A model generated the notes under the pieces. It had not been told where the DNA came from. It saw only the letters and a program-made list of their open reading frames with translations, and searched no databases. From a virus, in the IMG/VR virus record IMGVR_UViG_3300047491_001507: DNA of 64,000 bases; one strand, given 5' to 3'. Of this stretch, positions 18,951 to 27,779 are shown piece by piece. How positions within the stretch are numbered: the first letter of the stretch is position 1; each line of letters starts with the position of its first letter. A program made the position numbers and the translations under genes.

Positions 18951-19871
18951 ATGAATGCGATAATACTCACCAAGAACAACAGCAAAACAATCCAGAAAAC
19001 ACTTGATTCCATATGTAATTGCTGCTCTAGAATTATTGTAGGAGATCTAGGAAGCTGTGATGGTACTTTAGATATTTGCCGTAATTATCAGGCTGAGATT
19101 CACTATTTAGTCGAATTTGACCGTGATCAAGCTAGAAACCGTCTTCAAAAAGACCTTTCAGGCTATAATTTGATGATAGAACCTTGGGAAATAATACTAA
19201 AACAAGATGAAATAGCCCTGACAAGTGATTGTTATTATGTGAAACTATTAAAAGATAAGACGATTACTAAAGAAATCAGACTATGGAAAGGATTTCAAGA
19301 ATTTGTTAATCCTACATACGAATGCATCAAATCGACTACAAATTCTGAAATTGATTTGATTTTATATAGCTTTGCCAATAGAGATCTGTTAAGTGACTTG
19401 GAATCAATCAAGAAATGGAAAGAAACAAAGCCATCTGCCTTCCAACCTTATTACTACGAAGCATGTATCTACTTGACTTTAGGGGATCATGAAAAGTTTT
19501 TAAATGCCATTCAACATTATTTATTTTTAAACAGAACACCCAGCATTTCCACAATTATGAGCCATTATTATATGGCTTACGCATATATCTGTAAGAAAGA
19601 AGTCAAAAAGGCTTTACAAAACATCAATATTTGTTTAAGTTATTGTCCATTAATGGCTGAGTTTTGGTGTATTTTGGGAGATGTTTATTATCATTTATTG
19701 AAAAAATTTGACGAAGCTATCGAATTTTATGAAAATGCTATGATTTTAGGAGCAAAAAGGCTAAAAACAGATAAGTATCCTATTGATCTAACCAAATACA
19801 AAGAATATCCCGAAAAAATGATAGCCAGTTGTAATAAAATCAAGGAAACACAAGGTATTTATGTCAGATAA
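18951..19871 (+). CDS. glycosyltransferase family 2-like N-terminus fused to a helical (TPR-like) C-terminal region
   Basis: MNAIILTKNNSKTIQKTLDSI...IIVGDLGSCDGTLDI resembles the GT2 N-terminal nucleotide-binding motif; upstream ORF 18809..19006 may be an N-terminal extension. Confidence 0.4.
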   Translation: MNAIILTKNNSKTIQKTLDSICNCCSRIIVGDLGSCDGTLDICRNYQAEIHYLVEFDRDQARNRLQKDLSGYNLMIEPWEIILKQDEIALTSDCYYVKLLKDKTITKEIRLWKGFQEFVNPTYECIKSTTNSEIDLILYSFANRDLLSDLESIKKWKETKPSAFQPYYYEACIYLTLGDHEKFLNAIQHYLFLNRTPSISTIMSHYYMAYAYICKKEVKKALQNINICLSYCPLMAEFWCILGDVYYHLLKKFDEAIEFYENAMILGAKRLKTDKYPIDLTKYKEYPEKMIASCNKIKETQGIYVR

Positions 19872-20769
19872 TATATTGACTACAGCTATGGGAGCTTGGG
19901 GAGATGTTTTTACATCTTTGACTCTTATTGAACGATTGAAATCTCGTGTCTCTAAAGTAGATATTCTTTATTATGGATTTGATGTCGAAATTGCTAAATT
20001 TCTAGAACATCAAGAAAATATCGATTCTGTTATACATGTTTTGCCTAAATCTCATGACGATTATCACAAAATTCTTGACGAAGCGGCCCAAGACAAATTG
20101 GATTGGATCGAGGCAATTAGTGATATTAAACTAATGGACAGGAAGATACTTCCGACACATCTTCGTTATAGTTCAATGATCCCTGAGTTAATTTTTAGAA
20201 AATTTAGCTATAAACTCCCCAAAATAGAACAGTCATATCCTAAACCGTGTATTCTTTTAAACCCAGTTTCTTTTCACTCATGCAGATTTGAGGAGCATTG
20301 GCCTTTTATCCCAAATGCTATTGAATTTTTAATTAAAGAAAGTGGATGGAATTTTATCCTCATTGGTCAAGAAAAGACAAGACATTGTCTAAAAGGCGAA
20401 TATTGGGACTATCCTTACCAAATTAACATGCCGAATGTGGTTAATTTAGTAGGGCAAACTGAAAGTATGGCTCAAGTTTTAGCAATTGCTGAATTATGCG
20501 ATGGCATTATCACCACCTCCAATTGCTTGTCGATGTGGTCGATTTTATCCAACAAACCAGCAATTGTTTGGTTAAATTCTAAATTAACCCATCCATTTGC
20601 AGTAGGACATTTCTACTATAGAGAATGGATTACTAGCAAACCTAATTCAATTGTGAGTTTTGATGACGATTTTGCTACCTTTATGAAGGTTTATGAAGAA
20701 TGGAACAGAAACTTGAAATCGAAAGATGTCCCTGCTGCGATGGAATCTTTAGGAGAATCTCAGGTCTAA
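19861..20769 (+). CDS. GT-B glycosyltransferase, family 9 (heptosyltransferase)-like
   Basis: N-terminal GAWGDV (G.GD) and C-terminal LVGQTESMAQVLAIAELCDGIITTSNCLSMWSILSNKPAIVW resemble the GT9 signature (l.g...l.el.ali..a.lvi.nDSG.mHlA...P.v.l). Confidence 0.45.
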   Translation: MSDNILTTAMGAWGDVFTSLTLIERLKSRVSKVDILYYGFDVEIAKFLEHQENIDSVIHVLPKSHDDYHKILDEAAQDKLDWIEAISDIKLMDRKILPTHLRYSSMIPELIFRKFSYKLPKIEQSYPKPCILLNPVSFHSCRFEEHWPFIPNAIEFLIKESGWNFILIGQEKTRHCLKGEYWDYPYQINMPNVVNLVGQTESMAQVLAIAELCDGIITTSNCLSMWSILSNKPAIVWLNSKLTHPFAVGHFYYREWITSKPNSIVSFDDDFATFMKVYEEWNRNLKSKDVPAAMESLGESQV

Positions 20770-21407
20770 AGATAGATCAATATTGCGATAATTGCGATAC
20801 CCTTTTGACCCCTATCGTAGATGAAGATATTTACGGGGTTGATTATTACATTAAATATGTCAGATATCACAGCACAACATTAAACGCCAAATTGCAAGAA
20901 ACACGTTGGTCTATTGTTCAGAAATATCGCAATGAAGGAAATCTGTTGGACATAGGCTGTTCTGTAGGTTCATTTATTGAAAAAGCTCCCTCTGGGTTCA
21001 ATGCCGAAGGATACGACGTAAACAAATTTTGCTTAATCCATTGTGGTTGCTATGATTTGGTCACTCACAAAAAACTTCCCATTGACAAACGATATGATGT
21101 CGTTACAATGTTTGATGTTTTGGAGCATGTTCCAAACATAGAAGACATTGTGGTTAAAATCAAGGCGATGTTGGTTCCAAAAGGTATTTGGATCGTTACA
21201 ATCCCTAATTTTTACCATGAGAGGCTTGAATCCATTGACAAATGGAGGCATTATCGCCCTAAGGAGCATGTGTATTGTCTGTCAGAAAATTCCATGAAAG
21301 CTCTGTGTCAAAAATTTGATTTTGAGTTGTTAGAGGTCAATTTTGACGAATCCGAGCATCGACCTCCCAAAGACAATTTAGCCACTTACATTATGAGAAA
21401 ACAATGA
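20700..21407 (+). CDS. class I SAM-dependent methyltransferase with N-terminal Cys4 zinc finger
   Basis: Motif I LLDIGCSVGSF, post-I acidic DVVTMFDVLEHV; CPCCDG...CDNCD. Confidence 0.6.
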   Translation: MEQKLEIERCPCCDGIFRRISGLKIDQYCDNCDTLLTPIVDEDIYGVDYYIKYVRYHSTTLNAKLQETRWSIVQKYRNEGNLLDIGCSVGSFIEKAPSGFNAEGYDVNKFCLIHCGCYDLVTHKKLPIDKRYDVVTMFDVLEHVPNIEDIVVKIKAMLVPKGIWIVTIPNFYHERLESIDKWRHYRPKEHVYCLSENSMKALCQKFDFELLEVNFDESEHRPPKDNLATYIMRKQ

Positions 21408-21676
21408 TTAAAATTGCCAAGTTGGACCCCCAGCCCAAGCATATTTTTAGTTCAGGCTATCAAGGCTATGAATTTGGAGTTACAGAAGGGATTGAAAAGC
21501 CTGATGATTTTTTTGGAGGAACTTGCTTACATGAAGGCCCATTTATTCCTTGTCCAATTGAAGTAAACATGGAAGAATGGGCGACTAGAGAAGTTGATTT
21601 CATAAAAATCGATGGTGAATGGTGGTGGATTAGGCGGGAAGCATTAGATGAAGCTTCCAAAGGAGCAAAGCAATGA
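21404..21676 (+). CDS. small hypothetical protein
   Basis: ORF track; ATGA overlap. Confidence 0.25.
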   Translation: MIKIAKLDPQPKHIFSSGYQGYEFGVTEGIEKPDDFFGGTCLHEGPFIPCPIEVNMEEWATREVDFIKIDGEWWWIRREALDEASKGAKQ

Positions 21677-21879
21677 AGTATTACTTTTTGTTTATTCATG
21701 ATGGGAAATTTCCTAAGTTTTTTGGTCCTTATGATTTGGAATCCGAAAGGGATGATGCGGCAAAGAGTTTTTGGTTCATACATCGTAAAGAAGGACATCT
21801 TATATTCAAAGTGCAGTCACTTACTGATCCTCAAATCTTTACCTTTACTGATTCTGAACTTACGTTTAATTGGACGTAA
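21673..21879 (+). CDS. small hypothetical protein
   Basis: ORF track; ATGA overlap. Confidence 0.25.
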   Translation: MKYYFLFIHDGKFPKFFGPYDLESERDDAAKSFWFIHRKEGHLIFKVQSLTDPQIFTFTDSELTFNWT

Positions 21880-21882
21880 CAA

Positions 21883-22089
21883 ATGTATCAAATCATTGCA
21901 AGTGTCGTTAAGATCCATGAAGATTTGTCACAAACTGGATATAATATTCCAACCTTTTATCTTGATCCTCAGTGTCAAGGCATAACTGATGCGACTCATG
22001 CAGAAAAGGTTGCTAGAGACATAATTAATCCAACAAATGATCACACTATTAAGGTGAATGTTTGTGCTGTTTTCGTTTTTCCAGATTAG
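21883..22089 (+). CDS. small hypothetical protein
   Basis: ORF track. Confidence 0.25.
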   Translation: MYQIIASVVKIHEDLSQTGYNIPTFYLDPQCQGITDATHAEKVARDIINPTNDHTIKVNVCAVFVFPD

Positions 22090-22505
22090 GCGTGATCCAT
22101 CGGATGATGGACTTTAATCCATTCGCCTGAAAATGCCGAATCAGGATCTTCATGTTCTTTGGGCATATCATCATAATGCCTGCATGAGCCTAATTTCTCA
22201 AGAATTGGCCCTTTAGGTCCCATATTGGTGCAAATCACATCTGATATTGGCAGATGATGTCTTTTGACCATATCTACAATTGGAAGACGATCTCTAGAAA
22301 TTCTGCTAGTTACAATAATCACAGAATATCCTTTTTTGGCATAATCTCGGATTAGCTCAAATCTTTCGTGGTTTAGATGATCGTCATTATCTGAATCTCC
22401 ATTGAACCACAATTGGGATTCATCGTCCCATTGAGGCACGGTAAGCGTGCTATCAAAGTCAAAAGTGACAACTTTTTGATTTTCTAACCACATCTGAAAT
22501 TTCAT
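22086..22505 (-). CDS. HAD-superfamily phosphatase (nucleotidase / polynucleotide 3'-phosphatase-like)
   Basis: Motif I FDFDSTLT (DxDxT), motif II VIIVTSR; N-terminus MKFQMWLEN also resembles the shared targeting-like motif. Confidence 0.5.
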   Translation of the reverse strand: MKFQMWLENQKVVTFDFDSTLTVPQWDDESQLWFNGDSDNDDHLNHERFELIRDYAKKGYSVIIVTSRISRDRLPIVDMVKRHHLPISDVICTNMGPKGPILEKLGSCRHYDDMPKEHEDPDSAFSGEWIKVHHPMDHA

Positions 22506-22578
22506 ATTTCCCTCTTTAGCTCGACATTATATGTATGCCGAACAAGCCGCACAAGGGACAAAAAATGATTCTTTGGCA

Positions 22579-22585
22579 CTAAATA
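22579..22585 (+). promoter_or_regulatory. CTAAATA motif 7 nt upstream of the paralog-1 ATG
   Basis: ttctttggcactaaataagttattATG; near-identical 25-nt leader before paralog 2. Confidence 0.3.
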
Positions 22586-22592
22586 AGTTATT

Positions 22593-24293
22593 ATGGGATT
22601 TAAAGATTTTGTGATATTTGAGGCTGGTTTAGAGCATCGTGCTTTCAACAAGTTCAAAAAATTAGAAGAAATTCGCAATTTGCTTATGCAACAAGGATAT
22701 TCTGAAAGTGATATTTGGGTAACTTATTCGGAAGTTCCTAGAATTACTATTTGGGGAGGCTCAGCAGATAAAGCTCAAGGCACTCCTCATGCTTTGTTTG
22801 CCTATCCTATAACAAAAATTCTTGAAAGAAAAGATACTTTTGGCGAATACGCCACTGACAGACCTTATATTGTTGTATTTATTGCAAACGAAAAAATCAA
22901 CGATATAGGAGGAGCAAATGCCGATTTCAAGATTAGAAACAGATTTAAAGCAGCAGAAACTCCTGAGGTCGTTAGGTCTGTTTATAAAAACATCGATAAA
23001 TCAATAAAATCTAATCCTTATTTTAATTTGATTAGTAAAAAATTTGGATCTTATTGGTATATTGACTTTTCATCAATAGACGATGATGAAATCAAATACA
23101 AATCAAAAGATACATTAAGACATGTTATTGAAGAAAACTTAGACGAGGTTATGGATTTACGAGGTTCGGATACCATACTTGGAGATGAAATACCATACGT
23201 TTATAGACATTATAAAGATTATCACAACTCTCAAAGCATCCAACTTTTCAGCGACACATATTTAAATGTGAGTTTATCTTTGGAAGCATTTGATAAAATT
23301 TTAAATATTCCCGAATTTGACTACATTAGTCAATATGGACGTACACTTTTGCCATTAGATGTATTGCTAAGATTCGATTCGCAAATTAGAAAAGATGGCA
23401 TTCCTAAAATATCTGAAGTGATAAAAAGACTTCGTCAAGATGAGCCCGAGATCACAAAAATAATTCAAATGCTGTTTGATAATTGTGTCAAAAAACAAAA
23501 AAACATAAATAAACTAAGAATCAGCAAGGCATTCGGCAAAGACTTTCCCAATAAAAAGAAATTGCTTCAATTTGCCCAAAATCATGGATTGGATGTGGTT
23601 AGGGCCTTTAAAAACATGCAAACTTCAGGAAATAAGATTGAAAATGACAGTCAGGTCATCTATCGTTTTACTGAACAATTAGCAATGCAATGGGCAGAAA
23701 AGGATGGAAAGTATCGATACTATCCATCTAGATGGACCAGAATACTTAAAGCAATTGGATATACTAACATAGCAGATTTAAGGAATACTGGTGCAGTGCA
23801 TGTTGCCGAATCTACGCAAGGTGCGTTTTTTGATACAAGAAAATTAGAGATGGTCGGATTGGTACGCAATAAATCCCATAATGATTATCGTTTTTATCAA
23901 AGTCCCAGCTTCATATCTGGGGGACGAGAACAACGAAAATCTGGCTCTCCTAATAATTATTTTAGTTCGCCTCAGGAAAAAGAAGCAGAAGCAAGGCAAT
24001 ATAATACCAAAAGTCGATTTGTTGATTTAAAGAATGCTTTGTCCAGGGTCGAAAGGAGTTTGGATTTTGGCGTTAGTGTGTCAAGTGAATACGTTGAGTA
24101 TTTGAAAAAAGCTTTCAGTAGTTTCAAGAAAGTCTTAAATTGGGCTCAAAATCAATCTTCTTGGGGATATGATTTGTATTCTTTAAAAAGACTAATATCA
24201 CAAATTGAATTTAAAAACAATTCAGAAGCTATCAAGCCTCTCTTAGACAATATTAAATCTACAATCGACACTGCCTACGAAAATACAATGTAA
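22593..24293 (+). CDS. paralog 1 of a five-member tandem family (capsid-targeting-like N-terminus, conserved N- and C-terminal domains)
   Basis: MGFKDFVIFE|AGLEHRAFNKF...; conserved blocks EVPRITIWGGS..QGTPHALFAYP, YIVVFIANE.INDIGG, YRFTEQLAMQWAEKDGK..YPSRW.RILK.IGYTNIADL..TGAVH..E.TQGAFFDTRKLEM, SP.EKE. Confidence 0.6.
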   Translation: MGFKDFVIFEAGLEHRAFNKFKKLEEIRNLLMQQGYSESDIWVTYSEVPRITIWGGSADKAQGTPHALFAYPITKILERKDTFGEYATDRPYIVVFIANEKINDIGGANADFKIRNRFKAAETPEVVRSVYKNIDKSIKSNPYFNLISKKFGSYWYIDFSSIDDDEIKYKSKDTLRHVIEENLDEVMDLRGSDTILGDEIPYVYRHYKDYHNSQSIQLFSDTYLNVSLSLEAFDKILNIPEFDYISQYGRTLLPLDVLLRFDSQIRKDGIPKISEVIKRLRQDEPEITKIIQMLFDNCVKKQKNINKLRISKAFGKDFPNKKKLLQFAQNHGLDVVRAFKNMQTSGNKIENDSQVIYRFTEQLAMQWAEKDGKYRYYPSRWTRILKAIGYTNIADLRNTGAVHVAESTQGAFFDTRKLEMVGLVRNKSHNDYRFYQSPSFISGGREQRKSGSPNNYFSSPQEKEAEARQYNTKSRFVDLKNALSRVERSLDFGVSVSSEYVEYLKKAFSSFKKVLNWAQNQSSWGYDLYSLKRLISQIEFKNNSEAIKPLLDNIKSTIDTAYENTM

Positions 24294-24310
24294 AATAGGA
24301 TTCTTTGACA

Positions 24311-24317
24311 CTAAATA
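24311..24317 (+). promoter_or_regulatory. CTAAATA motif 7 nt upstream of the paralog-2 ATG
   Basis: ttctttgacactaaataacttattATG. Confidence 0.3.
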
Positions 24318-24324
24318 ACTTATT

Positions 24325-26076
24325 ATGTTGTTCAAAGAATTTTTAAATATATCGGAAGCCGGTCTAGAACATCGGGCTTTTAATAAATTAAAAAAGCTGC
24401 AAGATATTAGAAATATGCTTGCTAATCAAGGAATTGCCGATTCCGATATTTGGGTGACATTTTCGGAAGTTCCTAGAATTACCATTTGGGGCAGATCCGC
24501 AACTAAAAGTCAAGGAACTCCCCATGCATTATTTGCTTATCCTATTCAACAAGTGCTTGCTGCTGGACAGGACTTTCGTTATTATGGTAACACTCGTCCT
24601 TATATGGTTGTATTTATTGCTAACGAAGCCATCAACGATATTGGAGCAAAACATATTGAATTCAATATGTTTAAGAACAATGAATCTGTGAAAAATCAAG
24701 ACGTTGTAGATGCTGTTTATTTAAAATTGGCAAATGATGAATCTTGTAAGTACATTGAAGAAATACATAATTATTTCACAGATGAATATATCGAAATATC
24801 AGATTCTAGTAACAGATTGAATGCTTATTGGTTGAATAAGGATATTTTCGATCAAAAATCAAAACAGATAGCACGATTGGTGTTTTCGAATATATTAAAA
24901 CAAAAACTTCAGAGTTTGAAAGGGTTCGATACTATATTCGGAAATAGCGTATATCAAATTTATGATGTTTATTATAGAACGGATCATGAAGATACAGATG
25001 ATATTTTTAGCAGAATTATTGTTGAACTATCTTATGACGTAAAACGAATAATCAACAGCCCTTACAATGAGGATAAGTTTAAAGATCTGCAACAATATAC
25101 CTATTATTTGAACAAGCAAGAGTTAATAGATTTTGACAAAAAAATCAGACAGTCAGGCCCTGGTGTGGCCGAAATTATCGAAAATTTGAAGAATGACGAA
25201 GCCGAAATTAAAGCGTCCGTCAGAAAATTCATTAAAACCTGTATCAAGACATTTAAACAAATTAAAGATCAAAGGTTGAGATCTGTGTATCGTTATAATT
25301 TTCCTAAAAAGAAAGAACTTACGGCTTTCTGCAAAGAAAATGGACTGAGCATAATCGATGCTTTAAGACATATGACTGGAACTTATAAACTTCGAAACAA
25401 GCTTCAATTTGTCTACCGGTTTACAGAACAACTGGCACTTCAATGGGCTAGAAAAGATGGGAAAGAGGATTATTGGCCAGCTAGATGGGCTATGATATTA
25501 AAGAAAATTGGATTTACCAATATCGCAGATTTACAACACACTGGAGCCGTTCACGCTAGTGAACCCACACAAGCTGCATTTTTTGACACAAGAAAATTAG
25601 AAATGATAGCTTCTATCAATAATATATCGCATATTGACTATCGTCCTGTACAAAGCGATGATGCTTCATTAGAAACAGAAAAGTTGACAGGAGGAAAAAG
25701 ACAAAGACAAAGAGATCCTACTAGTTCACTAAGTTCTTACTATGGAACTCCAGAAGAAAAACAACAAAAAGCTTTGGCAGATAAGGCTTATTCTTATGTT
25801 ATGGCTTTAAGGGATGAAATTTCTAATCTTCATTACTTTGCAAGATCTCATGCTCCAGTGCCAGTACATCGTGTGTCTGCAATAACGGGTGCTATTCAAA
25901 AATTCTTGTCTATTTACAAATGGCTATCTGGTAACTTTGAGCAAATAGGGATTGATAAAAAAGAAATTTTTGAATTATTAAAGGATCTTAATGGTCTTAA
26001 TGTAAAAGACTATACTGGTCGTATTATTCCTGTATTAAATAGACTTAAAGCAAAATTGGAGCCAAATGGGGTTTAG
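24325..26076 (+). CDS. paralog 2 of the tandem family
   Basis: MLFKEFLNISE|AGLEHRAFNKL...; same conserved N- and C-terminal blocks (VYRFTEQLALQWARKDGK, TGAVHASEPTQAAFFDTRKLEM). Confidence 0.6.
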   Translation: MLFKEFLNISEAGLEHRAFNKLKKLQDIRNMLANQGIADSDIWVTFSEVPRITIWGRSATKSQGTPHALFAYPIQQVLAAGQDFRYYGNTRPYMVVFIANEAINDIGAKHIEFNMFKNNESVKNQDVVDAVYLKLANDESCKYIEEIHNYFTDEYIEISDSSNRLNAYWLNKDIFDQKSKQIARLVFSNILKQKLQSLKGFDTIFGNSVYQIYDVYYRTDHEDTDDIFSRIIVELSYDVKRIINSPYNEDKFKDLQQYTYYLNKQELIDFDKKIRQSGPGVAEIIENLKNDEAEIKASVRKFIKTCIKTFKQIKDQRLRSVYRYNFPKKKELTAFCKENGLSIIDALRHMTGTYKLRNKLQFVYRFTEQLALQWARKDGKEDYWPARWAMILKKIGFTNIADLQHTGAVHASEPTQAAFFDTRKLEMIASINNISHIDYRPVQSDDASLETEKLTGGKRQRQRDPTSSLSSYYGTPEEKQQKALADKAYSYVMALRDEISNLHYFARSHAPVPVHRVSAITGAIQKFLSIYKWLSGNFEQIGIDKKEIFELLKDLNGLNVKDYTGRIIPVLNRLKAKLEPNGV

Positions 26077-27778
26077 AGATTTTTTTTACATAGAAGGCGG
26101 ATTGGAACATCGTGCTTTTAATAAGTTTAATACACTTAGAGATGTATTCGATAAACTTGTCAAGCAACAGATCCCAGAAAACAACATTTGGGTTACATTT
26201 ACTGATGTTCCTAGAATTACCATTTGGGGCGGATCTGCTACTAAAGAACAGGGCACGCCTCATGGATTATATGCTTATCCCGTAAAACATATTCTAGAAT
26301 GGGAGTTTTCATTTAGCGATTATGCATTTGGCAGAGATTATATGGTTGTTTTTGTGGCCAACGAAGAAATAAACGACATTGGAACAGCAGATCGTTACAA
26401 AAAATTCGACTTACTTGATAAGCTCAGATCCAGAACAACCGAAGAAATAATCAATGAAGTTTATCAGCAAAGCAATAAACAAAACAACAAATATCTCAAA
26501 TTGATCTATAATTATTGCAATGAAAACTTGATGTTAGATAACAGCACGGATAAATTTGGAGTAAAATCCGAAATAGACCCTGATTACATTGAAAGCAAGG
26601 TCAAATCTGCGGCAAATTTTGCTCTTGCTAGCTTTCTGAAAGATTATTTATACTTATCTGGACCTGATAGTATTTTTGGAGAGCGAATATGGCACGTATA
26701 TTATGTGGCTAGTGGTTATAGGCTTGATCGGAAGGATTTTTATAACACAATTAGTGTGTCATTAGATGCAAATCTTATACATTTGATCAACAAATCTCCA
26801 GAATTGCAAAGATTCAAGAAGTATATGGATGGCGACAGTTTAACCAAAGAAGAATTAATAGAACTTGATGCACAAGTCAGAATATCCCAGTCTATTTTAG
26901 GCGAAATTATGCAGGATTTGTATAAAGACAAGCCTCAAGTTCTAGAAATGGCAGAGGAATTCATAAACAGTTGCATGCAAAAAAAGAAAGAATTTGATTA
27001 CGCAAGACATCAAAGCATATATGTTGAAGATTTCCCTAAAAAGAAACAGTTTATGGAAATTTGTAAAGAATATGGGTTAGATCTGCCTGCTTCTATAAAC
27101 ACGGTCGTAGATGCTTATCAGCCTAGAAATGAGGGGCAATTTATCTATCGACTTGCTCAACAATTGGCTTATCAATGGTCACGGAAAGACAATAAACCAG
27201 AATTTTCTCCTTCTAGGTGGAGGAGAATTTTAACCAGGGTTGGCTTTACCAATGTAGTGGACTTAAAAAAGACTGGTACTGTTCATTCATCAGAAGAAAC
27301 CCAAGGAGCATTTTTAGATACGAGAAATTTAGTTTTGACAGCAGTAATCAGAAATAGATCCCATACAGATTCTCGTTTTCAACAAGAAAGCCCTTATGAA
27401 GTTAGAGGGGGCAGAGAACAAAGAAACAGAGTCCAAGTAGATTATTTGGCAAGTCCAGAACAAAAACGTTTACAAGGTCTGAGAGCAAGTGTAAACGATA
27501 CAATTAAGAAATTGTATTATGCTCTTAGGAATATTGGGACCATAGCTCTGTATCCTCGTAGTATTTCTAAAGAGGATGTTGAAAGTATAGAAAAGATTGT
27601 TGATAGATACCTAAAAATAAATGATGAAATATTAAATTACAATTCGGGTTATGGCTTTTATAACCCTAGAGAAATCAAATATTTATTGGATGGTATTGAG
27701 CGTAATGATCACATTAAGGAGTTTTTGCCAGCATTGGACAAATTATCTTTAGGAATTCAGGCTAAAGAACAGAGGTAA
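26066..27778 (+). CDS. paralog 3 of the tandem family
   Basis: MGFRDFFYIE|GGLEHRAFNKF...; conserved blocks present but more divergent (IYRLAQQLAYQWSRKDNK, TGTVHSSEETQGAFLDTRNL); 11-nt overlap with paralog 2. Confidence 0.6.
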   Translation: MGFRDFFYIEGGLEHRAFNKFNTLRDVFDKLVKQQIPENNIWVTFTDVPRITIWGGSATKEQGTPHGLYAYPVKHILEWEFSFSDYAFGRDYMVVFVANEEINDIGTADRYKKFDLLDKLRSRTTEEIINEVYQQSNKQNNKYLKLIYNYCNENLMLDNSTDKFGVKSEIDPDYIESKVKSAANFALASFLKDYLYLSGPDSIFGERIWHVYYVASGYRLDRKDFYNTISVSLDANLIHLINKSPELQRFKKYMDGDSLTKEELIELDAQVRISQSILGEIMQDLYKDKPQVLEMAEEFINSCMQKKKEFDYARHQSIYVEDFPKKKQFMEICKEYGLDLPASINTVVDAYQPRNEGQFIYRLAQQLAYQWSRKDNKPEFSPSRWRRILTRVGFTNVVDLKKTGTVHSSEETQGAFLDTRNLVLTAVIRNRSHTDSRFQQESPYEVRGGREQRNRVQVDYLASPEQKRLQGLRASVNDTIKKLYYALRNIGTIALYPRSISKEDVESIEKIVDRYLKINDEILNYNSGYGFYNPREIKYLLDGIERNDHIKEFLPALDKLSLGIQAKEQR

Positions 27779-27779
27779 G

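Noticed and set aside
18809-19006. 65-aa ORF upstream of, and overlapping, the GT2-like gene
   Set aside because: Probably an alternative N-terminal extension or a spurious frame; no separate RBS or motif. Left unannotated.
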